NCBI RefSeq assembly: GCF_006345805.1
Contig: NW_021835195.1
Span: forward strand, 1-42,005
Origin: Octopus sinensis
Taxonomy: Eukaryota
Direction of reading: 5' to 3'
DNA length: 42,005 nucleotides
The notes under the pieces were generated by a model. It was not told where the DNA came from. It saw nothing but the letters and a program-made list of their open reading frames with translations, and ran no database searches. The translations under genes were made by a program, and so were the position numbers. Positions 11,030 to 22,959 of the stretch are shown piece after piece (position 1 is the first letter of the stretch; every line of letters begins with the position of its first letter).

Positions 11030-13198
11030 TAATTAAATACCTTCTTTTTATGGGGTATTATTCTTGTTCAAACTCGTCACATATTTGTAACTTTTCGATG
11101 TAAACCTTTCAATGTAAGTCTTAAAAAGTTGCGGCAGCTTAGCAGAAATGTCACGTTATAATTCTACCATGCAATGGTTTCAATACACGCGGGAGATCAT
11201 ACCCCTTCAAACTTTATATCATTCTGAAACATCTTTCAGAATATTCATCACACGACCGTTTTCATTTTGTCCAAATATTTTTTTCACAGAAATTCATCAG
11301 AATTGTGGCGATTTTATGACAGTGTAGCAAATTAGTAATCAACTAATTAAATACCTTCTTTTTCTGGGGTATTATTCTTGTTCAAACTCGTCACATATTT
11401 GTAACTTTTCGATGTAAACCTTTCAATGTAAGTCTTAAAAAGTTGCGGCAGCTTAGCAGAAACGTCACGTTATAATTTCTAACTATGCAATGGTTTCAAT
11501 ACACGCGGGAGATCATACCCCTTCAAACTTTATATCATTCTGAAACATCTTTCAGAATATTCATCACACGACCGTTTTCATTTTGTCCAAATATTTTTTT
11601 CCACAGAAATTCATCAGAATTGTGACGATTTTATGACAGTGTAGCAATTAGTAATCAACTAATTAAATACCTTCTTTTTATGGGGTATTATTCTTGTTCA
11701 AACTCGTCACATATTTGTAACTTTTCGATGTAAACCTTTCAATGTAAGTCTTAAAAAGTTGCGGCAGCTTAGCAGAAATGTCACGTTATAATTTCTAACT
11801 ATGCAATGGTTTCAATACACGCGGGAGATCATACCCCTTCAAACTTTATATCATTCTGAAACATCTTTCAGAATATTCATCACACGACCGTTTTCATTTT
11901 GTCCAAATATTTTTTTTCACAGAAATCATCAATCAGAATTGTGGCGATTTTATGACAGTGTAGCAAATTAGTAATCAACTAATTAAATACCTTCTTTTTC
12001 TGGGGTATTATTCTTGTTCAAACTCGTCACATATTTGTAACTTTTCGATGTAAACCTTTCAATGTAAGTCTTAAAAAGTTGCGGCAGCTTAGCAGAAATG
12101 TCACGTTATAATTTCTACCATGCAATGGTTTCAATACACGCGGGAGATCATACCCCTTCAAACTTTATATCATTCTGAAACATCTTTCAGAATATTCATC
12201 ACACGACCGTTTTCATTTTGTCCAAATATTTTTTTTCACAGAAATTCATCAGAATTGTGGCGATTTTATGACAGTGTAGCAAATTAGTAATCAACTAATT
12301 AAATACCTTCTTTTTCTGGGGTATTATTCTTGTTCAAACTCGTCACATATTTGTAACTTTTCGATGTAAACCTTTCAATGTAAGTCTTAAAAAGTTGCGG
12401 CAGCTTAGCAGAAATGTCACGTTATAATTTCTACCATGCAATGGTTTCAATACACGCGGGAGATCATACCCCTTCAAACTTTATATCATTCTGAAACATC
12501 TTTCAGAATATTCATCACACGACCGTTTTCATTTTGTCCAAATATTTTTTTCCACAGAAATTCATCAGAATTGTGGCGATTTTATGACAGTGTAGCAAAT
12601 TAGTAATCAACTAATTAAATACCTTCTTTTTCTGGGGTATTATTCTTGTTCAAACTCGTCACATATTTGTAACTTTTCGATGTAACCTTTCAATGTAAGT
12701 CTTAAAAAGTTGCGGCAGCTTAGCAGAATGTCACGTTATAATTTCTACCATGCAATGGTTTCAATACACGCGGGAGATCATACCCCTTCAAACTTTATAT
12801 CATCTGAAACATCTTTCAGAATATTCATCACACGACCGTTTTCATTTTGTTCCAAATATTTTTTTCCACAGAAATTCATCAGAATTGTGCCGATTTTATG
12901 ACAGTGTAGCAAATTAGTAATCAACTAATTAAATACCTTCTTTTTATGGGGTATTATTCTTGTTCAAACTCGTCACATATTTGTAACTTTTCGATGTAAA
13001 CCTTTCAATGTAAGTCTTAAAAAGTTGCGGCAGCTTAGCAGAAATGTCACGTTATAATTTCTAACTATGCAATGGTTTCAATACACGCGGGAGATCATAC
13101 CCCTTCAAACTTTATATCATTCTGAAACATCTTTCAGAATATTCATCACACGACCGTTTTCATTTTGTCCAAATATTTTTTTCCACAGAAATTCATCA
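11030..13198 (-). repeat. Tandem array in the left arm: ~316-bp unit, 6 full copies and 1 partial
   Basis: Marker TACCTTC at 11038, 11352, 11668, 11988, 12304, 12620, 12934; units nearly identical. Confidence 0.95.
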
Positions 13199-13846
13199 AT
13201 GCTGTTCCTTCTGCTGTCTTCTCTCTCCTTCTCCCTTATTTACTTCAGGCAATCTCCATCTATCGCAAAAAAGGGATTTTGAAAATCTTTGTCATGATTT
13301 TAATTCCGAGGAGTATCTTTTAACATTTTTTTATTTTCGAATATCTCATTCTATATGTGGCCTTTTTATTTTTCTCAAGTTAATAAGTGCCAGTAATGAG
13401 AGGAACATATCACAATTTTCAGTTTCCTTTACATGTTCACATAATAAATAATATTATGTCATTTTCTGTTAGGAAAGGCATAATTAATTTCAGTTAATGT
13501 TTGTCTAATTACCACAGTATTATGTAGATAACAGTTTGTTTATAAGGTTTTTATTGCCTACTTCAGAAAGCACATGACAAATATACTGAATCGGACAAGA
13601 ATCTAATAAGACTCAACATCATGACAGTCAAATCCTTATTCATGTATTTTCGTTAACTTGGGTTTCAGCCCAAAACAATCTTTCATAGTAGGACTACAAA
13701 TGTTTTTGAAAGAATATATTTATCATCAGAATATATATACTTTTCTCACACTACAATTAAGATATATTTATTTTAAATCGTTCATTTTTCTCCCCCCCCC
13801 ACAACAAAATTAGTTTGAAAGAGGGACAGAGAAAGTTCTAAAATCT

Positions 13847-13856
13847 AACCAATCAG
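13847..13856 (+). promoter_or_regulatory. CCAAT box upstream of the transposase
   Basis: AACCAATCAG about 100 bp before ATG 13951. Confidence 0.35.
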
Positions 13857-13950
13857 AGCTAACTGAATGATAGTCAGCTAACTGATACTGAAAATAACTT
13901 TATTTTCAGTTTATCTTCATCAGTTGAACTGTGAGTTAAATTAAGAAAAA

Positions 13951-14829
13951 ATGTTGTATGAGATAGAAAGCATCGTAAAAGACTTTGACAGTATCTATTC
14001 ATTCCTAAAGGACAAAATGTTGAGTTCCTCAACTCCAATTGCTCAAAATGCCATAGAGAGATGACTCTTATAAACACAACCAGGAAAAATTTTTCGCTGC
14101 CCAACTCACAAAGGGGAAAAAGAGTCGATTAGAAAGAAATCGTATCTCGAAAATAGCAGATTGAAACTGCACGATTTCATTCATGTTATATATTGTTGGG
14201 GCAGTAACCTAACAATAACAGGAGCAATAGCAATGACTGGATTGTCAAAATCTAGCGTTATTCAATGGTATCAATACATGCGAGATATCTGTAGCAATAA
14301 TCTAATCAACAATCCATACCAAATTGGTGGTGTCGGACACGTTGTTGAAGTAGATGAAAGTCTGATGTGTAAGAGAAAATACAATAGAGGGAGAACGCCA
14401 CAAGAGAGATGGGTTTTTGGAGGTTACGACAGAGAAGACAAAAAAGGCTTCATACTGTTCGTAGCTGACCGTTCCTCGGAAACTCTGCTACCCATCATCA
14501 AAAAATTTATTAGACCGGGCACAACAATTCATTCGGATTGCTGGCCCGCCTATAATGGTATTGCAGAAATGGATGTGACACCAAAATACATCCATTTCAC
14601 AGTAAACCATTCCCAGAATTTTGTGGATCCGCTAACAGGTGTACTCACAAATTCTGTGGAATGTTACTGGAAGAATGCCAAAAGAAAATTTAAAACGATG
14701 ATGGGGGTACATTCCACCATGGTGGACTCGTACCTTGATGAGTTTCTGTGGAAGGAACAATATGGGCAAACTGCACACGATTGCTTGATGAATATTCTGA
14801 AACATCTTTCCGAATGGTATAGAGTTTGA
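13951..14829 (+). CDS. Merlin/ISXO2-like DDE transposase; N-terminus broken by two compensating frameshifts (~14040, ~14085)
   Basis: VVEVDES, RWVFGG, TIHSDCW..Y, HFTVNHSQNFVD, TNSVECYW, YLDEFLW. A reconstructed N-terminal CSKC...FRCPTH zinc ribbon spans frames. The frame is open from ~14074 to TGA 14829. Confidence 0.9.
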
Positions 14830-14852
14830 AGGGGTATGATCGCCCGAATGTA

Positions 14853-15730
14853 TTTTTGGACAAAATGAAAACGGTCGTGTGATGAATATTCTGAAAGATG
14901 TTTCAGAATGATATAAAGTTTGAAGGGGTATGATCTCCCGCGTGTATTGAAACCATTGCATAGTTAGAAATTATAACGTGACGTTTCTGCTAAGCTGCCG
15001 CAACTTTTTAAGACTTACATTGAAAGGTTTACATCGAAAAGTTACAAATATGTGACGAGTTTGAACAAGAATAATACCCCAGAAAAAGAAGGTATTTAAT
15101 TAGTTGATTACTAATTTGCTACACTGTCATAAAATCGCCACAATTCTGATGAATTTCTGTGAAAAAAAATATTTGGACAAAATGAAAACGGTCGTGTGAT
15201 GAATATTCTGAAAGATGTTTCAGAATGATAAAAGTTTGAAGGGGTATGATCTCCCGTTGTATTGAAACCATTGCATGGTAGAAATTATAACGTGACATTT
15301 CTGCTAAGCTGCCGCAACTTTTTAAGACTTACATTGAAAGGTTTACATCGAAAAGTTACAATATGTGACGAGTTTGAACAAGAATAATACCCCATAAAAA
15401 GAAGGTATTTAATTAGTTGATTACTAATTTGCTACACTGTCATAAAATCGCCACAATTCTGATGAATTTCTGTGGAAAAAAATATTTGGACAAAATGAAA
15501 ACGGTCGGTGATGAATATTCTGAAAGATGTTTCAGAATGATATAAAGTTTGAAGGGGTATGATCTCCCGCGTGTATTGAAACCATTGCATGGTAGAAATT
15601 ATAACGTGACATTTCTGCTAAGCTGCCGCAACTTTTTAAGACTTACATTGAAAGGTTTACATCGAAAAGTTACAAATATGTGACGAGTTTGAACAAGAAT
15701 AATACCCCAGAAAAAGAAGGTATTTATTAA
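14853..15730 (+). repeat. Tandem array in the right arm, inverted relative to 11030-13198, ~3 copies
   Basis: GGTA of the marker GAAGGTA at 15091, 15404 and 15719. Confidence 0.95.
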
Positions 15731-16209
15731 TTGACTACTATTTTACATTACACATGAAATGTATTTATTTATAAACTTTAAACTGAAAATTCCCCGTTCG
15801 CGTTTCTGTAAAAAAAAAGTAATTACTTTTAACTTTGTTCAAAAAATATATTAATAATAATAATTTTCAAGAATTATTTAATTAATATAATTAATTCATT
15901 AATTTTATTCTGTAAAATAGTAATTAATTCATTTATCTGTAAATCCGCGAGGAAAGCGACCAAGGTATCTTTAAAAAAATCCTTTTTTTTTTCCGGGGGG
16001 GGGGTTAACTCGCATGCGCGAATCGCGCACTGCGCATGCGCAAGTCACCTCGTAAGATCTCGAGTATTAATAATAATTAATTTTCAAGAATTATTTAATT
16101 TATATAATTAATTCATTAATTTTATTCTGTAAAATAGTAATTAATTCATTTATCTGTAAATCCGCGAGGAAAGCGACTATGTAATTTTTTTGTGTAAAAT
16201 TGAATATGT

Positions 16210-16250
<41 letters not shown>

Positions 16251-16475
16251 TTTTAGTTAAATCCAACACCTTTTTGTCTTAAAAAGCAGAAAGGTATCTT
16301 TAAAAAAATCCTTTTTTTTTTCCGGGGGGGGGGGGTTAACGCGCATGCGCGAATCGCGCACTGCGCATGCGCAAGTCACCTCGTAGGATCTCGAGTATCG
16401 AGTACCTACGTCTGACGCGCGCGCGCGCGCGAATTCGCGTGTGCAAAACCGGGACCACGACAATAGACAAGTACC

Positions 16476-16484
16476 CGTAATTAT
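16476..16484 (+). repeat. 9-bp target-site duplication (right), CGTAATTAT
   Basis: Identical to 10270-10278. Confidence 0.9.
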
Positions 16485-16852
16485 AGCAATAAAAACTATT
16501 AAAAATTTACCACTTCAATTTTAGCATCCGACAAATGCGTAGTAATAGGATGGATACAATATTTAGAAGTTAGTTCGTTTCGTTGAAGTTCCGTGTCGAT
16601 TTTTCTAAAGTGCCTTTAAATTATATTTCCCGCCAGATCGATCCTTTATGTAATTAACGTTAATTCATATTAAACACTAATTTATTTATCATAACAGGTA
16701 AGATACAATACATGTTTTGTTTGTGGTAAAAGCCAATGACCCTGGTTTATTGGAAACTCTAGACAATTGTGAAAGTTTTGAATGTTGCTAATCTGATTTC
16801 GATATTAATTCCATCTCCGTTAAACAATGCCAAGAAAATCTAATCTTAATTT

Positions 16853-18568
16853 GGTAAAATTACAGATTAACACCCGCACGATTTTCACTAAAAAAAAAAA
16901 AAAAAAACTCGGATTTTTTGCGTGGAATCAAATACCCTGACCTCCTAATATGCTGCAAATCCCATATTTTGGTCCGGAATTTCTCCGGAAGGGGGGGGGG
17001 TGACACCCCCCCCCGGAATTTTCACAAGGAAAAAAAATCAGATTTTTTGCGTGGAATCAAGTACCCTGACCTCCTAATATGCTGCAAATCCCATATTTTG
17101 GTCCGGAAGGGGGGGGGTGTTACCCCCCTCCCGGAATTTTCACAAGGAAAAAAAGAATCAGATTTTTATACATGCATAGACACATCCTTAATTAAACTAT
17201 TGACCGCCTTAAAACGGGTTTTAACAGAGAAATATTACTATAATGGATAATATAAGCATATAACTACTTATACACACATACAATAAATACAGACACACAC
17301 ACACACATTAGTCACACATATAGTCACATATACACACGTGTGTATGATTGGTGTATGTGATCGCGGTGGTGGTCATTTGTGCAGCTAAAAGCATGACAGT
17401 GCCATTTATATAATTAATTCATTAATTTTATTCTGTAAAATAGTAATTAATTCATTTATCTGTAAAATAGTACAAATATTCTGCAAATCCGCGGGGGAAT
17501 CGCTATGTTGTTACTCAGCCAGCTAGAAATAGCAGCCAGATTTTCCTCCAATAACACATGCACGCTATTGGAAAGACATCCTCCCAAAGTTGTTGTATGA
17601 ATGCATGCGTATAGTAATTGTGTCTGTGTGTCCGACAGAAGGTGCAGATAAAGGTGCATGCGAATACAACAGAAATACAGGTAAAAATTCAGAGAAACTG
17701 CTACTTACCTCTTGCTGTCAAAAAAATGGATTAATTCTCAAGGGTTCCGCAAGAAGTTGCAAAACTGCTAAAATCGGCAGTAATTTTTAATTCTCCTGTG
17801 CAGATATGTGTGCATAAGACTATTAAATTATTGCACAGGGGTTCCTCGAGCCATTGGAATGTTTGAATTACGCTGTGTGGTTTCAGTTTCTAATTTTTGC
17901 TTCTGATCTCTCTTTGCCCCCCCCCCTCTCTATCTCAAACTAATTTTTGTATAGGTGGAGGTGTGGTGGGGAGACAGATGAATGATGTCTCATTCTCTGA
18001 TATATATATATATAATGAACCATTTCTTAAACATACACGATATAGTCTATAAATTTGGGATGTTTTTGAAAGATAATATATTTTATCATCAGAATATATA
18101 TACTTTCTCACACTACAATTAAGATATATTTATTTTAAATCGTTCATCTTTTCCCGCCCACAACAAAAATTGGCGCGAAAATTTTTTTAAATATCAGCGA
18201 AATGAACAACTGAGATAGAGAGGGGGGGGGCAAAGAGAGATCAGAAGCAAAAATTAGAAACTGAAACCACACAGCGTAATTCAAACATTCCAATGGCTCG
18301 AGGAACCCCTGTGCAATAATTTAATAGTCTTATGCACACATATCTGCACAGGAGAATTAAAAATTACTGCCGATTTTAGCAGTTTTGCAACTTGCGGAAC
18401 CCTGGTTTAGCATAACAGTATGTTTTGCTGAGAATTAATCCATTTTTTTGACAGCAAGAGGTAAGTAGCAGTTTGTCTGAATGTTATCCATTACATTATC
18501 CATTATAGTAATATTTGTCTGTTGAAACCCGTTTTAAGGCGGTCAATAGTTTAATTAAAGATGTGTCT

Positions 18569-18644
<76 letters not shown>

Positions 18645-18929
18645 CATGTGTATATATATATATTATATATATATATACATGTATATATATTTATATATAT
18701 ATATACGTGTGTATATATATATATATTTATATATATATATATATACATGTGTATATATATATATATTTATATATATATACATATGTATATATATACATGT
18801 GTATATATATATATTTATATATATATTATATACACATGTATATATACACCTGTATATATATATATATATTTATATATATATGTATACACATGTATATATA
18901 CACCTGTATATAAATATATATATAAACAC

Positions 18930-18971
<42 letters not shown>

Positions 18972-19589
18972 TATATATATAATATATATATATATACATG
19001 TATAGATACATCTTTAATTAAACTATTGACCGCCTTAAAACAGGTTTCAACAGACAAATATTACTATAATGGATAATATAAGCATATAAATACTTATACA
19101 CACATTAGTCACACATATAGCCACTATACACACACTGCAAGAATATATTTATTTATAAAGTTTAAACAGAACATAGAATGAAATGTATTTATTTATAAAC
19201 TTTAAACTGAACTTCAATTGTTTTATAAACCTAACAGCGAACCTCACGTAAATACACGAAGTTGACGACTTTCACTTCTGACAGCTAAAAGCATGACAGT
19301 GTGCCAAATCTTCTTTTGCGCAATAATATATCAATAATTTGTTCACACTTCAATTTACTATTTTCTAGAAATGTTTCTTTTCTAAATTATTGATATATTA
19401 TTTTTTTTTTTCCTTGTGAAAATTCCGGGGGAGGGGGGTCACCCCCCCCCTTTCCGGACCAATTCCGGACCAAAATATTGGATTTGCAGCATATTAGGAG
19501 GTCAGGGTACTTGATTCCACGCAAAAAATCCGAGTTTTTTTTTTTTTTTCTTAGTGAAAATCGTGCGGGTGTTAATCTGTAATTTTACC
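16853..19589. mobile_element. Non-autonomous GG...CC TIR element, probably Merlin-related
   Basis: ~185-bp TIRs (GGTAAAATTACAGATTAAC... / ...GTTAATCTGTAATTTTACC). Internal blocks are homologous to the Merlin element (17410-17500, 18060-18180, 19175-19210). No TSD found. Confidence 0.7.
18575..18996. repeat. Compound (TA)n microsatellite
   Basis: Direct inspection; flanked by 80-bp inverted repeats. Confidence 0.95.
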
Positions 19590-19790
19590 GGCACCACCGC
19601 TGGAACTCATATCTTCAGAGATGTAAACAAAGTCACGTGTTTACATATACCGAAGGATCGCCACATACCCTAACCCTAGCCCTAACTTTAAACCTAACCC
19701 TAACCCCCCATATATAAAAAAAACACTTTTTTGAAATGTATCTGGTACTTCCGGAAGTACACCGGTACTTATACCGTAAGATCGCCTTCT
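19590..19790. repeat. Unclassified repeat with a degenerate CCCTAA run
   Basis: ACCCTAACCCTAGCCCTAAC...CCTAACCCTAACCCC at ~19657-19700. Confidence 0.35.
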
Positions 19791-20774
19791 TTTATTACAG
19801 TAGATATTCTATTTGTTACTTGTGTCTATCGTTTCAGTCATTTGACTGTGGCCATGCTGGAGCACCACCTTTTAGTCGAGCAAATCGACCCCAGGACTTA
19901 TTCTTAGTAAGCCTCTTTCCATGCTTCCTGAGATTCGCCAACACTACACCTGATTTTCTCCCCTCCATACACACGCAAACCTGTATCTGACTCGTACACT
20001 GTTCACTTCCCAGACATTTGTACATTACTGTATCTAATTTATACGCATTTTTGACAAGTTGTGGTGCACCTGAGCACTGTATACAGTAATTTCATTATTA
20101 TTTTAAAAGTCGTGAACACAACCTAATTTCATTAATAGACCTGTTCAGCCAGGGATGATTCCGGGCTAAACAACAGTGACTTATCACATTTCTGAAGATA
20201 GTAGGAAGTTATTGTCCAATATTTTGTAGTTTAACAATTTACATAATATCTGAAGGCAAAGGAACGGAAGTCTGTCTATAGAGACTAATTATTCGGGTTA
20301 AGGTTTATATAAACAGTTTATTATTATGAAAATGTAGTAATATTTTCTATTGTTGAATCTCTGCTTTTCAAGTCTTTCCTATATCTTCTACTGTTTCTGT
20401 GTCATTTCAGAATATGAGATGTTAGTGGTATAAAGGAGTTTTTACATCAGATACATCATGAATATTGATCATCATTTGAAAACTAATGGAAGATATTATA
20501 AATAATATATATAACCCTGTTTCTATTACAAATCTATGGTGAATAACTGTAAAATATTTCTTTGGAATTAATAAGAACGTTTGTTTTCTTCATTGCCAGT
20601 ATTTTACATTCTGTTTGAATTTGGAAAAATCTGTGAAGGTCTTTGTATTATCTTCAGATATTCGAGAAGATCAGATTTGCTGTAAATATAGCAGTAGAAG
20701 TATTTGAATCAACAAAGACATTTATAAAGAAGAAAATAAAAATATATTTTGGGGTCGTATACTGCAGAAGAATA

Positions 20775-21823
20775 ATGAATCCGCCGGAGATGACAAGAGA
20801 AAGAGAAAAATTATCAGACCAATGTGATATCTGTAAAAAGACTTTTCTAATACAGCAAATCTCACTGTTCACAAGTGTATTGATCCAAGTGGAAAGCAAT
20901 ATCGCTGTGATATCTGTGGTAAATCATTCTCTAAAAAATATAACCTTACTCATCACAAATACATTCATACAGGAGAGAAACCATATCAATGTGGTATTTG
21001 TGGTAAATCATTCTCTAATAGGAGTAGCCTTACTTGTCACAAATACATTCATACAGGAGAGAAACCGTATCACTGTGACATCTGTGGTAAATCATTCTCC
21101 CAAAAAAGTCACCTTAAACCTCACAAATACATTCATACAGGTGAGAAATCATATCAATGCGATATCTGTGATAAATCCTTTTCACTAAGGAATGATTTAG
21201 CTAAACACAAACTTTCACATACTCATGAAAAGCCGTATCACTGCGAAATTTGTGGTAAATCATACTCTCAAAGAAGTCACCTTGGTTCTCACAAATACAT
21301 TCACACAGGAGAGAAACCATATCACTGTGATATTTGTGGTAAATCATTCACTCAAAAATGTAACCTTGATTCTCACAAACACATTCATACAGGAGAGAAA
21401 CCACATTACTGTGATATTTGTGGTAAATCATTCTCTCAAAAAGGTAGCCTGACTTCTCACAAATCCATTCATACAGGAGAGAAACCATATCACTGTGATA
21501 TATGTAATAAGTCCTTTTATATAAGAAGTTCTTTAACTAAACACAAACTTATTCATGCTGATGAGAAACCATATCAATGTAGCATTTGTGGTAAATCATT
21601 CACTCAAAAATGTAACCTTACTCATCACAAACACATTCATACAGGTGAGAAACCATATCAGTGTGATATCTGTGGTAAATCATTCACTGGAAAAAGTAAC
21701 CTTAGTCATCACAAATACATTCATACAGGAGAGAAACGATATCACTGTGATATCTGTGAATCATTCTTTCATAAAAGTAACTTTAATAGACACAAATACA
21801 TTCATACAGGAGAGAAATCATAG
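20775..21823 (+). pseudogene. C2H2 zinc-finger gene 2: 12 fingers, 1-nt deletion in finger 1 (pseudogene or consensus error)
   Basis: MNPPEMTREREKLSDQCDICKKT, then ACTTTTCTAAT (4 T) vs ACTTTTTCTAAT (5 T) in gene 1. The shifted frame 20846-21823 is open for 325 codons of finger repeats. Confidence 0.85.
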
Positions 21824-22620
21824 CACTGTGATATCTGCAGTAAATCATTCTAAGTCTATTCATAAAGGAGACAAACTATGTCACTGTGATATCTGTGGTA
21901 AATCATTCTCTTGGGAATGTGCTATATGTACTCATAAATGTATTTATACAAGAGAGAAGCCCTATCACTGTGATATCTGTGGTAAATCATTCTCTGTGGA
22001 ACAATATTTAACTAATTACAAATTCATTCAGACAGGAGAGAAAGCATAGCACTGTAATATCTGCAGTAAATCATTCTGCGTAAGAAAATATTTTCGTCAC
22101 AAATCCACTTACATTGGGCAGATATTGTATCATTGTGATCATCATCATCATCGTTTAGCGTCCGCTTTCCATGCTAGCATGGGTTGGACGGTTCAACTGA
22201 GGTCTGGGAAGCCAGAAGGCTGCACCAGGCCCAGTCTGATCTGGCAGTGTTTCTACAGTTGGATGCCCTTCTTAACGCCAACCACTCCGTGATTGTAGTG
22301 AGAGCTTTTTACGTGCCACCGGCAAAGGTGCCAGACGAGGCTGGCAAACGGCCACGATCGGATGGTGCTTTCTACGTGCCACCAGCACGGAGGCCAGTTA
22401 GGGTGGCGCTGGCTCTGGCAACATTCGGATGGTTCTCTTATGTGCCACCGGCACTGGTATCACAACTTCAAATTCCATTGATGTTGATCGATTATGATTT
22501 TGATATCTGTAGTAAATCATTCTCTTAGGATTATGTTGTTTAACTAATTTTAAATGCATTCATACAGGAGAGAAGGCATATTGCTGTGTTATCTGTGCAA
22601 AATCATTCTCTTAATGTAAT
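21824..22620 (+). pseudogene. Decayed fingers 3' of ZNF gene 2, interrupted by an RTE-tail insertion
   Basis: [33 protein letters not shown]..., with stops and indels. Confidence 0.7.
22137..22500 (-). mobile_element. RTE-type 3' end / derived SINE
   Basis: Reverse complement of the (GAT)n-tailed element. Confidence 0.75.
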
Positions 22621-22959
22621 TTAACTAAACCTATATTTATTCATATTGATCAATAACAATACCAGTGGGGAATGAAATACAGCAATTGTATTACTTTATT
22701 TGAGACAAATAAATTTTTTACATTTTCCTCATTTGCATCAACTCATTAATTATGATGTGTGTGGTTTTCATTCAAACAATTTTAATTACATTAATTTGCT
22801 GTTTTCTTGTGGATATATTATTTCGACACCATTGTATCACATTCCAGTTCCCAACGATGATCAGTTGTTCCCTGCTGGACATGCTTAGGCTATCCCACGA
22901 TCTGCAGCCTATAATCTAATGAACAATATGTGTCCATAGCTTGTACTGGGTACACTACA

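Larger units (their letters stand above)
10279..16475 (+). mobile_element. Merlin-superfamily (ISXO2/IS1595-like) DNA transposon with Foldback-like long modular inverted arms
   Basis: Ends GGTACTTGTCTATTGTCGTGG... and ...CCACGACAATAGACAAGTACC, 9-bp TSD, internal DDE transposase. GG...CC termini and 8-9-bp TSDs are Merlin hallmarks. Confidence 0.92.

Noticed and set aside
11030-13198. Regularly spaced palindrome-containing repeats resembling a CRISPR array
   Set aside because: The whole 316-bp unit is near-identical, there are no unique spacers or cas genes, and the context is eukaryotic.
14632-14961. 109-aa antisense ORF, and ORFs 12710, 13067, 10277, 16257
   Set aside because: By-products of the repeat unit and TIR; no protein motif.
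18515-19057. Multiple IY/YI-rich ORFs (also 474, 854, 2913, 35020, 36231, 39767)
   Set aside because: Translations of (TA)n and (CA)n microsatellites.
22184-22528. ORFs within RTE tails and SINEs (22184, 24874, 29307, 29343, 36621, 40528)
   Set aside because: Chance open frames in repetitive non-coding elements.
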